A stretch of 64,000 nucleotides of DNA from Lepidodermella squamata (Eukaryota; Animalia; Gastrotricha): positions 868,001 to 932,000 of the forward strand of contig JBLDXI010000029.1 of NCBI GenBank assembly GCA_047495785.1, written 5' to 3'. The notes under the pieces were generated by a model, which was not told where the DNA came from, made no database searches, and was given only the letters and a program-made list of their open reading frames with translations. Positions 13,786 through 26,645 of this stretch are shown here, piece by piece (the stretch's first letter is position 1; every line of letters begins with the position of its first letter). A program made the translations under genes and the position numbers.

Positions 13786-13962
13786 CAGGGTGGCCAAACA
13801 ATTCCGCAGAGCGGGAATTCGATGCGCATCATTTTAAAAAGATTCAAGCAATTGAGGAGTTCCATTGGCAAAAGAATGCCTGAAATTCTTCAACTTCGTA
13901 AAACTCCTCATTAAATTGATGTGCATCGTATTCCTGCTCTGCGGATTTTTTCGGCCACCCTG
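13786..13962. mobile_element. Tc1/mariner-type MITE
   Basis: TA|CAGGGTGGCC...GGCCACCCTG|TA with ~60-bp imperfect terminal inverted repeats and a TA target-site duplication. Confidence 0.85.
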
Positions 13963-14949
13963 TAGTCAGTGTCATAATAGTGTGTCTTATAAAAAAAACG
14001 AGAACTACTCCAATCGAGTATCACTATCAATTCTTCTTTTTCGGAAATTTCCAGTGAATCGGAATTTAAATTTCAAGCAACTGATGCGTAAGAAAAGACG
14101 AAGAAACTCACGAGAAACCGCTATCGGTGAAGAAAAATCGCATCGCGGAATCTAAGTGTTAAGAGAACCTGATCAGTTAGAAGTACTGAAAATGCGCAAC
14201 ATTCGCAAGCTTACCTTGTTTTCGGGAAGCAGAAATTCCGCGGACTGAAGAGCGAGCGCGGTTTCAAGGCATGCGCGTTTGCGTTAAATCTACGGCCATA
14301 ACTCATTGATTTCCGGTTTGACAGGCATCTCTGGCTGATGGTAGGCAGTCTGAAGCGCCCGCTTTGAGTTGATTACAGCTCTGGCCGCCGTGCAGTTTTA
14401 TTACACGCGGTAGCTTAACGACTAGTCATTAACGGCAGCGTTCGGACGCCGTGGAACTGGGTCATTATAATGTAGGTCATATAAGAAAACACTGACTAGG
14501 AAGATGCGCAAATGAGACAACTACGCAACCGGTAAATTGCCATTAATCTTGCAATCAATAACAGATGCGTTTTATCTATCAGAAATCTATATTAGATATA
14601 TAAGAGAGATTATAAGAGAAGCGGCTGTCGATAACCCACTCTTGATTGTTGGATGACAAAATATGGAATAATTTTGGGACACGATTTTGAAGCTAGCCGG
14701 AAAACTTGATTAAATCTCAAATTAAAATCTTATTACTAATCAACTTATTTTTTATAGAATTGTCAATGTGCCAAGTCGGCAATGAACCAGCAATTAAAAT
14801 ACACACTGCTATCGATTTTTTTTACCAATCATGTGATAGTGAATACGCGGCCATATAATAGTCATCAATGAGATATATTTTATTGTTCACCATTCGGTAA
14901 CATTAAACACGCCACGGAGATATCGTTTTTGCGTACATCGAAAATAACC

Positions 14950-15554
14950 ATGTCGATCACGATTTTTCTGTTGATTTCTTCGATACTCACACTCGCTCAA
15001 GCATGGCCGTCGATTTTGCCACTCGGTGGCCGCGGCATCAACGTGGCACCTGTGGATGGCCAACCGCCCATCGAGCGGTGTTATTTCTGCGTGCCAGTGG
15101 CGACATTCAGGCCTGATGGGAGTGTACAAGACGTTGATAACAACATGTGTCAACGCAGTGAAAACTGGGAAGCGTTGACGTGCGATGAAATCGACAACAG
15201 ACTCAGCGTGGATAAGGTGAATTTTCTCGATACCGAGGCTGCTGATGAATATGCCGATGTCACCGAGCCGCCACGGCCCGATGATGCCCGAGTTTGCGTC
15301 ACTTACGGCCGCAGGTAATTAATTTGCTGAATATAATTATTTTTATATCGATTATCGATTATCGGAAATCTTTCCTTTTTTGCAGCGGCATTCGAGGTTG
15401 TGTTCGCTTAAGGCGTTCAGTGGCTGATCAATGCCCGCCAGGGTTAGACTGCTGCAACAGTGGCGATTTATGCAATTCAGCCTCGAAATGGAAAATCGAT
15501 TATTACCTGATGTCGGTTACAATGACCTTTTTCATGCTGTTGCTGCCAAAATGA
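14950..15554 (+). CDS. Ly6/uPAR (three-finger)-like, probably GPI-anchored protein
   Basis: Signal peptide, CYFC...RGC...CCNSGDLCNS and a hydrophobic C-terminal tail. Exons 14950-15314 and 15386-15554. Confidence 0.75.
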
Positions 15555-15953
15555 CACGAATTCGAATACTCTACTTAATTCTTAATTGTTTGAACTAAAT
15601 CAGTGATGAAATAATTGCTATTTAGATGTTGTTACTTACATGAATAAAACATCTTCGATCAAATCAGGACTTTTTTGTAAAATTTTTAAAATATAAAACT
15701 GCAATTTTCCTCAATTTTTAATTACAGCTGATTTTTATAATTTTTCAAAAATTTTAATTTACGTTAAATAAAAAAACGATTTCAAGCGAGTCGATGGGAC
15801 TATTTATTTGTAATCATAATCCTTTCATCACGTGCCGGAAAAAATTCACAGCAAAAAAATATCACGCAATCGATCAATAAATCGCAAAATATCAATAATC
15901 AATAATAAGGTCATTTTTCAATCAATTAAGTTGATTCAGATCCGGGGCATGAT

Positions 15954-16991
15954 TTAGATGCTCTTGACTGGGACCGGGCTGACGGTGTTGGGGCGGGTCC
16001 AGTAGGTGTCCTGGGGGTAGCGGGCCATCTCCTCGACGGTCAGCTTGGGCAGCGGCAGCTCGACAATGAGCATGCCATCGGGGCGCTGGACGGCCGAGAT
16101 CGGGCCGCAGGCGGCGGCGTCGATCTTGCAGATGGGCGACTCGGGCAGCACGACCTTGCGCGTGTACTTGCGGGCGACTTGGTGCTCCTTGCTGTCCTTG
16201 GCCTCAGCGGTGGCCTCGATGACAACGGCGCGCTCGGCCTTGTTCATGGTAACGGTGATCTCCTCGGGCTTGAAGCCTGAAATTTAAAAAAATTAAAATT
16301 GAAATTTTAGATAAATTTCAAAATTACCTCGGAGGTCGCAGCAGACGCGCATTTCACGGCGGCCCTCAGAATCAACGATGCGGATCGGGTGCTCGAGGGT
16401 CATTTGCTCGACGGGGTTGGACGGGCGCGAGGCGATGTTCCACATGGGCTGCGACATCTCGGACATGGGGGTCGGCGGGATGACCATCGGCTGGGTCCAC
16501 GGGGCCGGTTGGATCCACGGCATGGGGGTAGCCCAGGGCGCGGTCATGGGAGCAGCCCACGGGTTCATGACCGGCGACGGGGTCATGATCGGACCGTACG
16601 GGGTCGGGGCGATGCGGGTGATCGGAGACCACGGCTGGACGCGCTCGATCGGCATGACGGAGGCGGCCCACGGGTTCATCGGGGTCGGGGTCATCATCGG
16701 GGTCATCATCGGGCTGATCGGGGTCATCATCGGGCCGTACGGGGTCGGCATGACGGTCATCGGGGTGATGGGCGCCCACGGCTGGGTGCGCTCGATCGGA
16801 GTCACCGGGGTCATGATGACCTGCTCGAGAGGGCTCGGGACCGGGCTGCGCTCGCGGGCGAGGATCGACTCGATGGTCTTGCCGGTCTCGATGCCAGTCG
16901 GCATAGCGTACGGGTTCGGGCGGTACATGCCGGTCGGGGCGAAGGCGAAGCCAGCCGGGGTGGGTTGAGCGGTCGGGATGATGGCAGCCAT
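15954..16991 (-). CDS. Small heat-shock protein (alpha-crystallin domain) with long Pro/Met/Thr-rich N-terminus, 328 aa
   Basis: Exons 16991-16328 and 16276-15954. MRVCCDLRGFKPEEITV...YTRKVVLP...DGMLIVELP is an HSP20 domain. Confidence 0.85.
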
Positions 16992-17991
16992 TTCGAATTT
17001 AGAGGAAAATCGCGACTAAAGAAGTAATTGAGATTAAAGCTGAAAATTGCTTGTTAAGCGAGAGATGATGATTGAGTGAGGTGGAATGGTGCGTTTTTAT
17101 GGCGCTGGGTCACCTCAGTTGCGTAATTTTCACGGCTACGCTTCATAGCGGCTGCGTCTAAAAACACGCGCCGCAGGAATCGCGTGTCGCAGCTATTTTA
17201 ATGAATATATTTTTAGACGTCCGAAGCGAAAAAAATTATGTGGGAAAAAAATTGTTTACCGTAGTATCATTTGATTTTAACAAAGAAATTGATACTATAG
17301 TTCAAACACACTTTTTTCGAAAACTGCTCATTTTAGGGTAACGCGATTTATTTTGATAGATCTCATTTTCCTGAAAATCGCCAACTTTGCCCCTCGATTG
17401 CAGTTCCCTTCGACTTAACTAAAAATGACATCATTATTTTGTTTGTTACAAATTGGTTGAATTTGATGCGTGGCGTTTTCTTGCGTTTCAAAGCGAATCG
17501 ATATTTTCACCATCACAATTAAAAATGCCCAAGAGTCGATTAAAAATTAAAATTAAAAATTAAAAATATCCAAAAAATTAATGATGCGCATAATTTTTGA
17601 AGTCGACAGATTCGCTTAAGTTATTCATTACCAGAACAACTTTCGTAAGGTCAATAAAAATTAATTGAAATTAATTTTTTTCGATGTCATGATTTGACCC
17701 TTGGAAATTGACTCTGTCATTTCTCAAACAAATTACCTATTCGAAAAATAGCTTTGGTTTTCAAGGTTTGAATGGTCCGATTCAGTGACCTAGAAGCCAG
17801 CATTAATCCCGGGAAAAAATGGTTAACACCTGTTTTAATGTTGTCAGCAAAGAAACGTTAATAAACATTGTCCAAGTTTATTTCTTAAATTTCCCAGAGA
17901 CGTAATAATTACGAAAAATATCACAGAGACAGAACAAAAAAGTGGGTTAATATCGATCGATTTTTTTTCGGACATATTTTCATCCGCGTGT

Positions 17992-20900
17992 TTAGGTGAA
18001 AAAGTACGCGAATTCCTCCTCCTCGCGCAGTTTCGCCTCGTCGAGCGCCTCGCTCTGCTTACGCTTGTGAGTCGGCGGGCGTGACCTGAACACGAGGCGA
18101 CGGCCTTCCCGGCGGCGAGGCGGCTCGCGGGCCCGCTCCTGCGCCTTCGCCCGCCGCTCTTCGTCGTGTAGACGCTGCTGGCGCACTTTCTCCTCGCGTT
18201 GCCGCAATCGGTGCTCTTTTTCTTTAGCTTTTTCAACCGAATCGACCACATCAGCCGGCAGCATTTCGATTTGCTGGAATAAATCTTCGAGTTTGTTTTC
18301 CAGGCTGCCCAGCATTTGAAGCGTGCTGTATCGTTCGAAAAAAAAACAAGAAAAAATAATTAAAACAAATCGGAGAAACAACACGAGCTACGACAAAGAA
18401 ATCATTCATGCGTGACGCGTGATTTACAATTTTGAATTAAGGCAATAAACACGACGCTAAAGACACCGCTACATAAAACAGATCATGCGTGAAGAAACTG
18501 CGCCATGCACCATTGAGTACAGCTTCAACGATCAACCAAAATTTCTCCCAAAGAAAAAATTCCATTAGGAAACGCAAATTCGAATACAATTCTATATTTC
18601 AAATTTCAAAGATCCAAAGCCATAAACCAATCGCAAACTACTTCAAGTAGAGGTCGATTGAGTTCAAAAGGGTGGAAAAAGTGGTTTTCCAAATTTTTTC
18701 AAAAATTTTACATTTTTTTTAAACTTAGATTACCACGATTTTTTTTGTTGACACGATGTGAGACAATTTTCATCCATGCGTGACAACGAAACAACAAGCA
18801 TGCGAGACTTTTTTTCTCTTATCCGCACGTTTCGTAATTTTCAACAGGTGACAACTGCGATTTCAGCGGTGACGGCGTAAGAACGGTCGGTTTTCGCGAC
18901 CGCAGAGTCGTTTTCGTGCGTGTCTTCGTCCGCGGCCGGCCGCCCATCGACACCTGAGTCGTGTGACGCCGTGTTAGCCCGAGTGAGGTCGCCGTTTTAG
19001 AAACAGCCAGTACAGGCATTTGAAGCTCATTCTCAGTTTCGTTATCAGACGAATCCGAACTAACATCACGATTTCAACGCAAAATTTAAATATCCATGAT
19101 TTAATTATTTAAAATCCATTGTTGATCCCCCGGATTCTATATTTCGGACATAGGTATTTCGCCTGTTTATAATTCAGGAATTCCGAGAAAAAACTCAAAC
19201 ATATAATAAAGCTTCAATCTAGCCTCAAAGCTCTGATGAAAGTTCCTTCAAGTCGCTGATATCGAAAAACTTCGTCGAAAATCAACGTAAAAATTAACCA
19301 TTTTCTCTAACCTGATTTGAGCCTCGATATCGCCGATACAAGCCCGGTAGACTTGCAGCACCTTCTGCTGCAGCTCCTCCAGCAATCGATCCTGAGCTCT
19401 CTCATCCACCTCGCCATAGCTGAAAAACTGAATGCGAGTTTCGAGATCACGCGCTCGTTCCTGTTCGCGGACAATCGCCGCCTGCAGCCGGTCTATTTGA
19501 CTACGCAACGTTTGCGTTTCATGCTCCATTTTCGACTTGGTATCGCGAATCGACCGCTTAACTTCTTCAAGCTGCTCCTCGGTGTCTTGCGAATTTTGAA
19601 TGAGCGATAAATTTCGCTCTTCCAACTCGGCGAATAGCTCCAGCACTTGGTCGACCTCTTTAAAGTATAGCTCAGGGTCTTCGTCGCTCTCTTCAACGGC
19701 TGCTTCTTCGACGGCGACTACAGTAGTACTGGCTGTTGTTTTTTCTTTTGAAACCAGGGGCGGGAACATTGTGCCAGTTTTACGCCTGCCTTGCTCGCCC
19801 AGGTTCGAAGGACCTTTCGATAAAGTCGTTGGTTCACCTAAAAATGCATCCCAATCAAAATATTGTTGAAAGTTAGCACGAAGTCTGATTTATATATTTT
19901 TTTCAAACCCCGATAAAAACCCCAAATCATCGAATTTTCAGCAAATACCAAAAAGCAATATGTACATCTTTAGGTAACTCAGCTATCGCTAACTATCAGT
20001 TTGAAGAAATTGAAACTTACGGTTTTCTTCAGCAAAAGCAGCAGCGGCCGCGGCTGCGGCAGCTTTGACGGCTTCACGTTCCCTTCGCTTCGCTTCTGTC
20101 CACTCAACCGGCGCAAGACTGTTCAAAAATTGGCGATATCTCTGGAAATCTTTCAATTGTTCCTCAAATTTCGAAATTTCTCCTCGAATGTGCATGATTT
20201 GGGCATTGATCGACTTGATGCGCTCAACTTTCTCCATTTTCAGCTTTGATTCACGTTCAGCACTAAGAAAATTTCAAGTTTAAAATTATTTTAAGACTTT
20301 CTGAATCAACTTACAGACGGACAGCTTCGACGGCATTTTTGTCGTTTTCTTTCAAGAATTCATCAAACATAGCAGCATCATCCTCTAAATACTGTTCAGC
20401 CATCGCCAGTTTTTCCTCCTCTTCGCGAGCCAATCTTTCAAGTTTAGCCATTTCATCGCGTTTGACATCGAGAGCGTACTGAAGAAGGAACATTTCGCGC
20501 TTCTTGATGATATATTCAGTGAGAGATTCTTTTTCAGCATGACGACTTTTCGTGACGGCTAGAATGAACTGAGGGTCTTCTTTCACGACGGCAATCTTGC
20601 CAGCGTGAGCTTCTTCTTCAGCGTTTAAAGCCTCATTCAGATGTTCGCCAAACTCATCGACGGATAAGCGAGCACGCCTGCGAACAGCCATGCGTTGTTG
20701 ATGCTTAGTTTTGTCCCAGATTGACATCTTTGAAATCTTTTCACGTTCCTTCTTTCTGCGACGGCGTTCTTTGTCGCGAAGTAGGAATACGTCGTTTTCT
20801 GGGGGCATGCGGAATGGGTTGACGTTAGGCCCCATTTGCCAGTCTTCCTCCTCTGAGTCGGATTGAACGGCGAGAACAACTTGCTTGTTGCCATTGGGCG

Positions 20901-21040
20901 AGCTCGGTGTCACAACTCCGCGGTCCTCGACAAGATCAGGAAAGGTTACACGGCCAGACTGGCGTGATGCGAGTAAATGTTCTAGAACGTGCGGCTTTAA
21001 TGATTGTGAAAAAGTTCCAGACAATACAAACCTGCGCCAT
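17992..21040 (-). CDS. CFAP100: Cilia- and flagella-associated protein 100 (CCDC37)
   Basis: KKREMFLLQYALDVKRDE, FDEFLKEND, LYFKEVDQVLELFAELEERNLSLIQNSQDTEE and GRRLVFRSRPP. The start codon is uncertain. Confidence 0.85.
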
Positions 21041-21808
21041 CTAGCGATTTATTTGTCGAGTATCGTTCAGGCAATGTCTGAACTTCAGCAGTCATTATAA
21101 CAACTAGTGGGGAAAAATAAGCACGTTCAATAACGTTCTCTTCGCCAAGAAGCCGATATAACTAAACGGAGAAGAACTATAGAACACAATTTGGATTGGT
21201 TTTTCACCAACAATATTAAAAAAATCATACGCTGATAGCAAAAGCTCTTGCATATAAAGAACACATCTATGATCAACCATCAATCCTCGTTTCAAATCAG
21301 ACACTGCCATCTGAAGATAGGCGTAGATAACCCGAAATTTTCCAAACCACGTAATTGCCAATTCCCGGATCGAAATTTCTGTTTACTGTTGCCTAGCAAC
21401 AATAAATTTAAAATGTTGAAAATAACTTAAATTTGTATTGGCACATTGATTTTCTCATTTACCTGCTTTATAATTGAACAAATAAAAACACATTGTTTTT
21501 CAAATCGATGAGCGCGCGCGCGTTGCGAGAAATCGCGTTCTCGTCTGAAGTTCGTCTTCCGGCGCGTCGCCTAGGATAAATTCCTTAGTGCTTTAACCTC
21601 TAAGTTTAAGCTCATTGATGACTATTTCTACCGCTGTGAGCTCGGAAAAGACTTGGTTATTGCGATTTGATTACTTATTGCTCTCTGCTCTCTACTTTCT
21701 GATTTGTTCACCTTTTAAATTTAAAGAGATATAGGGGTTTTATATTTATAAGTAACTTTGTATTTCAACTGGACGTGCTTAATTACCTAGTCATTCTACA
21801 GCTTTCAA

Positions 21809-23842
21809 ATGGCGACCCTCGACATCTCAGGCGTTGAAATCTTCAAACTAGATAATAAGTCTCTTCGGCAGTTGGGCGGCACACCCTACTCTATTCAGCT
21901 GATGGAAACAAGCAATCAAAAAGTGCCCGCCATTGTCCTTCATTCAGGTTTGCGCTCTTATTCCGTGTTGATTTTCACTCATTTTTGTATTGGCTATAGC
22001 TGACGGTAGTCAAAATGAGTGGACCTACGTTCCTCACTCGTTCGTTCGCCAAATCGAAGAATCCCGCGTACTGCTGTCAATGCCACGCGTAGGCACATTT
22101 TACCTCCATTTCAGCTGCGATACCGACGCTGTTCGGTTCGTGCATTTCCTCGAAGCTTGCAACATCGCCCAACGCGCCTCGGGAAATTCATTCGACTCCC
22201 GAACCGACTCATCATCGTCAGCTCAATACTTTCAATTCTACTCGCTGCTGTCACAACAGCAAAATATGCTTCAAGACTACATAAGAACGTCCACGTACCA
22301 ACGAGCGATAATCTCGAACCCGGGCGACTTTCACAATGCTGTTGTATTGGATGTAGGCGCTGGATCGGGCATTCTCAGCTTCTTCGCAGCTCAAGCTGGT
22401 GCGAAGAAAGTCTACGCTGTTGAAGCGTCATCAATGGCAAAGTTGGCTGAAAGATTGTTTTCATCCAATGGATTGGGTGATCGAATTACTGTACTCGAGG
22501 GCAAAATGGAGGAAATTCAGCTACCTGAACAGGTTGATGTTATTGTATCTGAACCGCTTGGCTACATGTTGCTGAATGAGCGTATGCTCGAGACGTTTCT
22601 ATATGCGAAAAAATGGCTGAAACCCGGCGGTAAAATGATGCCATCCGAAGCTCTACTCTTTTGCGCACCCTTTACCGACGAATACCTGTACATGGAACTC
22701 GGCAATAAAGCCGCGTTTTGGTACCAGCAATCATTCTATGGGGTCGATTTATCCCAGCTGCGCGAAGAAGCTTTACGTGAATATTTCCGCCAACCTGTGG
22801 TTGACACCTTCGATATTCGGATTTTGGTAGCCCAGCCTGAGCGGCGCGTCTTCGACTTCGGTGCGCTGAAAGAAACCGATTTGGCCATTGTCGATATGCC
22901 GTTGGATTTCATCGCAACGCAAACTGCGAATGTTCATGGCCTTGCATTCTGGTTTGATGTCGCGTTTTTGGGCCGCGACAGAACTGTTTGGCTGTCGACT
23001 GCCCCTACAGAGCCACTCACTCACTGGTACCAGGTAATTTTTCTCATCTTAATTTAATGAAACAAGTGGTTATTTGATTTGGTGCTGAATTGGTTTCCTG
23101 TGAAATGCTGAAGTTGTCTTAGCCATTGACTAGATGTGATACATTTGTTGAGTTGATGATACAGCGCGATGTTCGCGATTAGCTAGAATAGTTTGCAATC
23201 CCGCCAAACGACTAATTCTTAAAGCATCCCGACTTGGTAGATTTTTCTCTCAGTTCTACGGAAATTTTCGAAAATCCGTTTTGAATTCTGACTAAATTGT
23301 GAAAAACTTTCCTCGATTTCGTGCTGCCTTCAGAAATTTTAGGAATTCTTATCTAAATTTGAGTGCAAATATCTGTACAATTCTAGGTACGCTGCCTGTT
23401 TCCGACACCTGTGTTCGCAACAGCTGGCGACCGGCTCGTCGGCCGCCTGCTAATGACGGCGAACTCGCGCCAATCGTACGACGTACACATGGATCTGGAA
23501 GTGATCCCCAGCTCCGGCGCGCCGCCCGCCTTCGCCACCGCCACGAAGGCGTCGAACGTGCTTGATCTCAAGTCGCCCTACTTCCGCTACACCCAAGTGG
23601 CGCAACCGCCACCGGGCAACCACCAGGTTTCGCCTACTGAACAGTTTTTCTGGGGCCAGGCCGCCGCTCAGCAGGTCCTCAGCCAACAGCAACAAGCGGC
23701 CGCGGCGCAGCAGAACGGCCACGCCAATGCGGAAAATGGCAATGCGACGGGCGCCATCCCGGTGGTTTGCGGCGGCGGGGAAAACGGCGGCAGCAATCAC
23801 TCCTCGGCCTTCCACCCCCTGCAGCTGCCTACCAAGTCGTGA
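21809..23842 (+). CDS. CARM1: Histone-arginine methyltransferase CARM1/PRMT4 (3 exons)
   Basis: [47 protein letters not shown] and THWYQVRC motifs. Confidence 0.95.
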
Positions 23843-25057
23843 ATAAAAATTCGGCAATAATTAGTGTAAATAAAACTTGCAACCTCGACGAGTAATACGA
23901 TACAAATATATTATGAATGTTCCATAAAATCAGTAATAAAATGAGCAATATTTCACTGGTCGATTTTCGCCGGGAAAATTTTCGAAATTTTTGCGGAAAT
24001 CGTGCCATATTTTGATGTGTGCTTTGCAGCGCAACAGCGCTTTCATTTATCATACTAAATGTCGAACTTTGTCACGATAAAATCCGTATGGGAAAAATTG
24101 AATATTTGCCTATTTGATGGTTGATTAGCTAGACGATTAGCAATATTTTCCAGACTTTTGAATGTCAAGGAATTTGAATTTCATCAAAATTAACAGTTCT
24201 TATTGCTTGTCGAATTTCGATGAATTTTTCCACATGGATTTTTTCGTGAAATTTTTTGAATATTCTCTACCGATAATAAAGATGACAATTCGACTTATAA
24301 AATGTGTAACTATAATTATTGAGAAAATGGTATATCTAACCCGTGTTTAAATCTGTCGTGTTGTGGCGGCCTATTTTCGCCGTTTTTTATCATCACTTCG
24401 AGTCTCGTGAAAAAAATTGGTGTCTTCATCTTTCTGTGTCTACCCGTCTTTAGTATTCAATTAACATGTATGGATGTGAAAAATGATAATTTAGTATATT
24501 GTATGCCGATCTGTGAATTATAGACGAGTCGTGGAATAAACGCAAAGACTTTCTTTTTTTTCCAAGTTTTTTAATTTTCTTTCCGCTGGCGTTTCAAGCA
24601 ACACGGCAACCAAGCAACCAAGAGAAACGGTTAAAGTGATTTGATAAATTGCGAATGCCACAAAGCGATCACGAAAGATTTGCATGCTGATTCAAGAATA
24701 ATCGATTTTCTTGTTTGCGGTCTCGTTTCCGATATTCTATCGCAGCAACACGTCATTTGATTGCATTTTTGTTATTATTTTGCTTCACTGCAGACGTATA
24801 ATATTGATGCGCTTCAATTGCAAGACATTTTATCGAGGACTATGCATGTAATTGTCATTATTCAATTCCCCGCGGCTGTAATTTATGGCAGCACAGATAG
24901 AAGCAATCGTCCTAGTTTTACGCCATCTTGATTGGGAAATTGACGATTTAGAATTAGAACTCGAACTACTTACTTCTTTTCGAATATCGAAGCTCGAAGC
25001 TGACGAGGTGAAGACCTAATAAAAGTGAGATAATTAGCTCATAAAACTACATGAGCA

Positions 25058-25659
25058 ACCGAAATTTGGGGTGACTTTGGTTATTGGGGTGACATCAACA
25101 TAGGTTTTTGCGATCGACTTCCAATCAATAAAATCTTTGCAAATTGACAAGCTAACCCCCTCAATATGGATGTCGTCGGAAAGCCAGTAACGAGTTGAAA
25201 CAGATACAGAAACAGGTATAATGTAGTCGAAGTAACCATTTAGTACAAGCATGAATTGTAGTGGAAAGGTAACGGTGGTCAAAGCCACCCGAAACACATT
25301 TTAGATGCTGATGGGGTGACTTTGTACCACTCAAATATGGAAGCCGACAGCGTAAAGGCCCCATGAGTGGGCTACCGTTGGATAGCCTGTAAACAGAGTG
25401 GTTCGAAAATGATACTTATTCGATTTCGATTTTGATCGCATCAATTCCTTTGGCCAGTCACACAAATTCCATCGGAAATCGAACTTTAAATTCCCCCTAA
25501 CCTTCCCTGTCATTTTATGCTTGGTAATAAGTCGGATTGGTGTATATTGTACACATCTAGGCCTGGCTTTCCTTGGGCTATCCAGTGATATCCCACTCAT
25601 GGGGTCTTTACCTTGCCGGCTTCGATATTTAAGTGGCCAAAGTCACCCCAAATTACGGT
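25058..25659. mobile_element. Non-autonomous TIR element (pogo/Tc1-like MITE)
   Basis: Terminal inverted repeat ACCG(A/T)AATTTGGGGTGACTTTGG at both ends, with internal TGGGGTGAC copies. Confidence 0.7.
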
Positions 25660-25929
25660 AGTTAATTAGGTTCAAGAATGAAATTTTCATGCAACGTTTG
25701 GGCACCGTCGAGAGGCTTCCAATTAGTGAGTTGTTGAGCACCGATAGCTCGGTAACGGTCAAAATTCGGAAATGTTTATGTATATTTAGGCAACCTTATA
25801 CCCTAACTGGCAGGGTTAAAGGATTTCTGCCTACAAAGGTCCGACTAAATGACATGGCAGAGCGAACTCAAAAAACACGCACTCTTGGTCAACGATCTGC
25901 AATTTTATTAAACACAACAGAATAGATTC

Positions 25930-26645
25930 TTAAGAAATCTGAAAGTTCATCGAGTCCATATCCTTGGTTTTGTGATCGGCCGGATTCGCTCGAGCTTCGT
26001 AAGAAGTTATGGTCACGCCGTGTCTCGGAGGCCTAGGAGCGTGATCGCCACGAAGCTAAAACAAAATATTAAATAAAATAATATTTCCAATAATTTTCGA
26101 AAATTATTCAAAAATTTTGAAGCGAATGGCGGAAATAATTATACCCCAATGTAGATGATTTTCGAAGTTTCGGCACCAAAATTTTTCGGGAAATACATGA
26201 CCAGATTCTGAACATTTGTAAATTTCGCCGGCTTCGTCGGGTAGTCGATCTCGCCCGTATTGCCCGGGTGCAGCTCGATCCTCTGATCGGGCTGAAGAGA
26301 CTGCGCAGCGTCAAACGTTAGCGGCACATCGGTTTTGTACAGCAAAACCTCCGAAGGATGCCGAGCCACGTCATCCGAATCCCCAATCACGGTTATGCCG
26401 AGCAATTTCACGTTGGAAACAAAAGGAATGTTGAACAGCAGTTCGGCATCAGCGGACGATTCGACGAATTTCGTCGCATCTAGCCGGTCGTCCCAGAGTT
26501 TGAAAACGGACCGGCCTGACTCGTCCACTTCTTCGTTGAGGCATTCCACGTTTTCGAGATCGATTTGTTGCAACAGCTCGTAACGGCTGCCTTCACCGCC
26601 GTTGTGAGCTACGCCGCAGTCGTGCGAATGACCGTGACTACACAT
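25930..26645 (-). CDS. PITHD1: PITH domain-containing protein 1
   Basis: MCSHGH...IDLENVECLNE...ESSADAELLFNIPF...KIIYIGLRG...YEARANPADHK. Two exons. Confidence 0.9.

Noticed and set aside
14226-14460. CTGAAGAG plus a stem (hammerhead-like), and GAAATTCCGCGGAC (RNase MRP-like)
   Set aside because: No GAAA after stem II and no convincing MRP CR-V motif. The sequence lies among inverted-repeat element debris.
16372-17027. Long overlapping and antisense ORFs here and over the basic-protein genes, HDAC1 and beta-tubulin
   Set aside because: These are shadow ORFs produced by strong GC3 codon bias.
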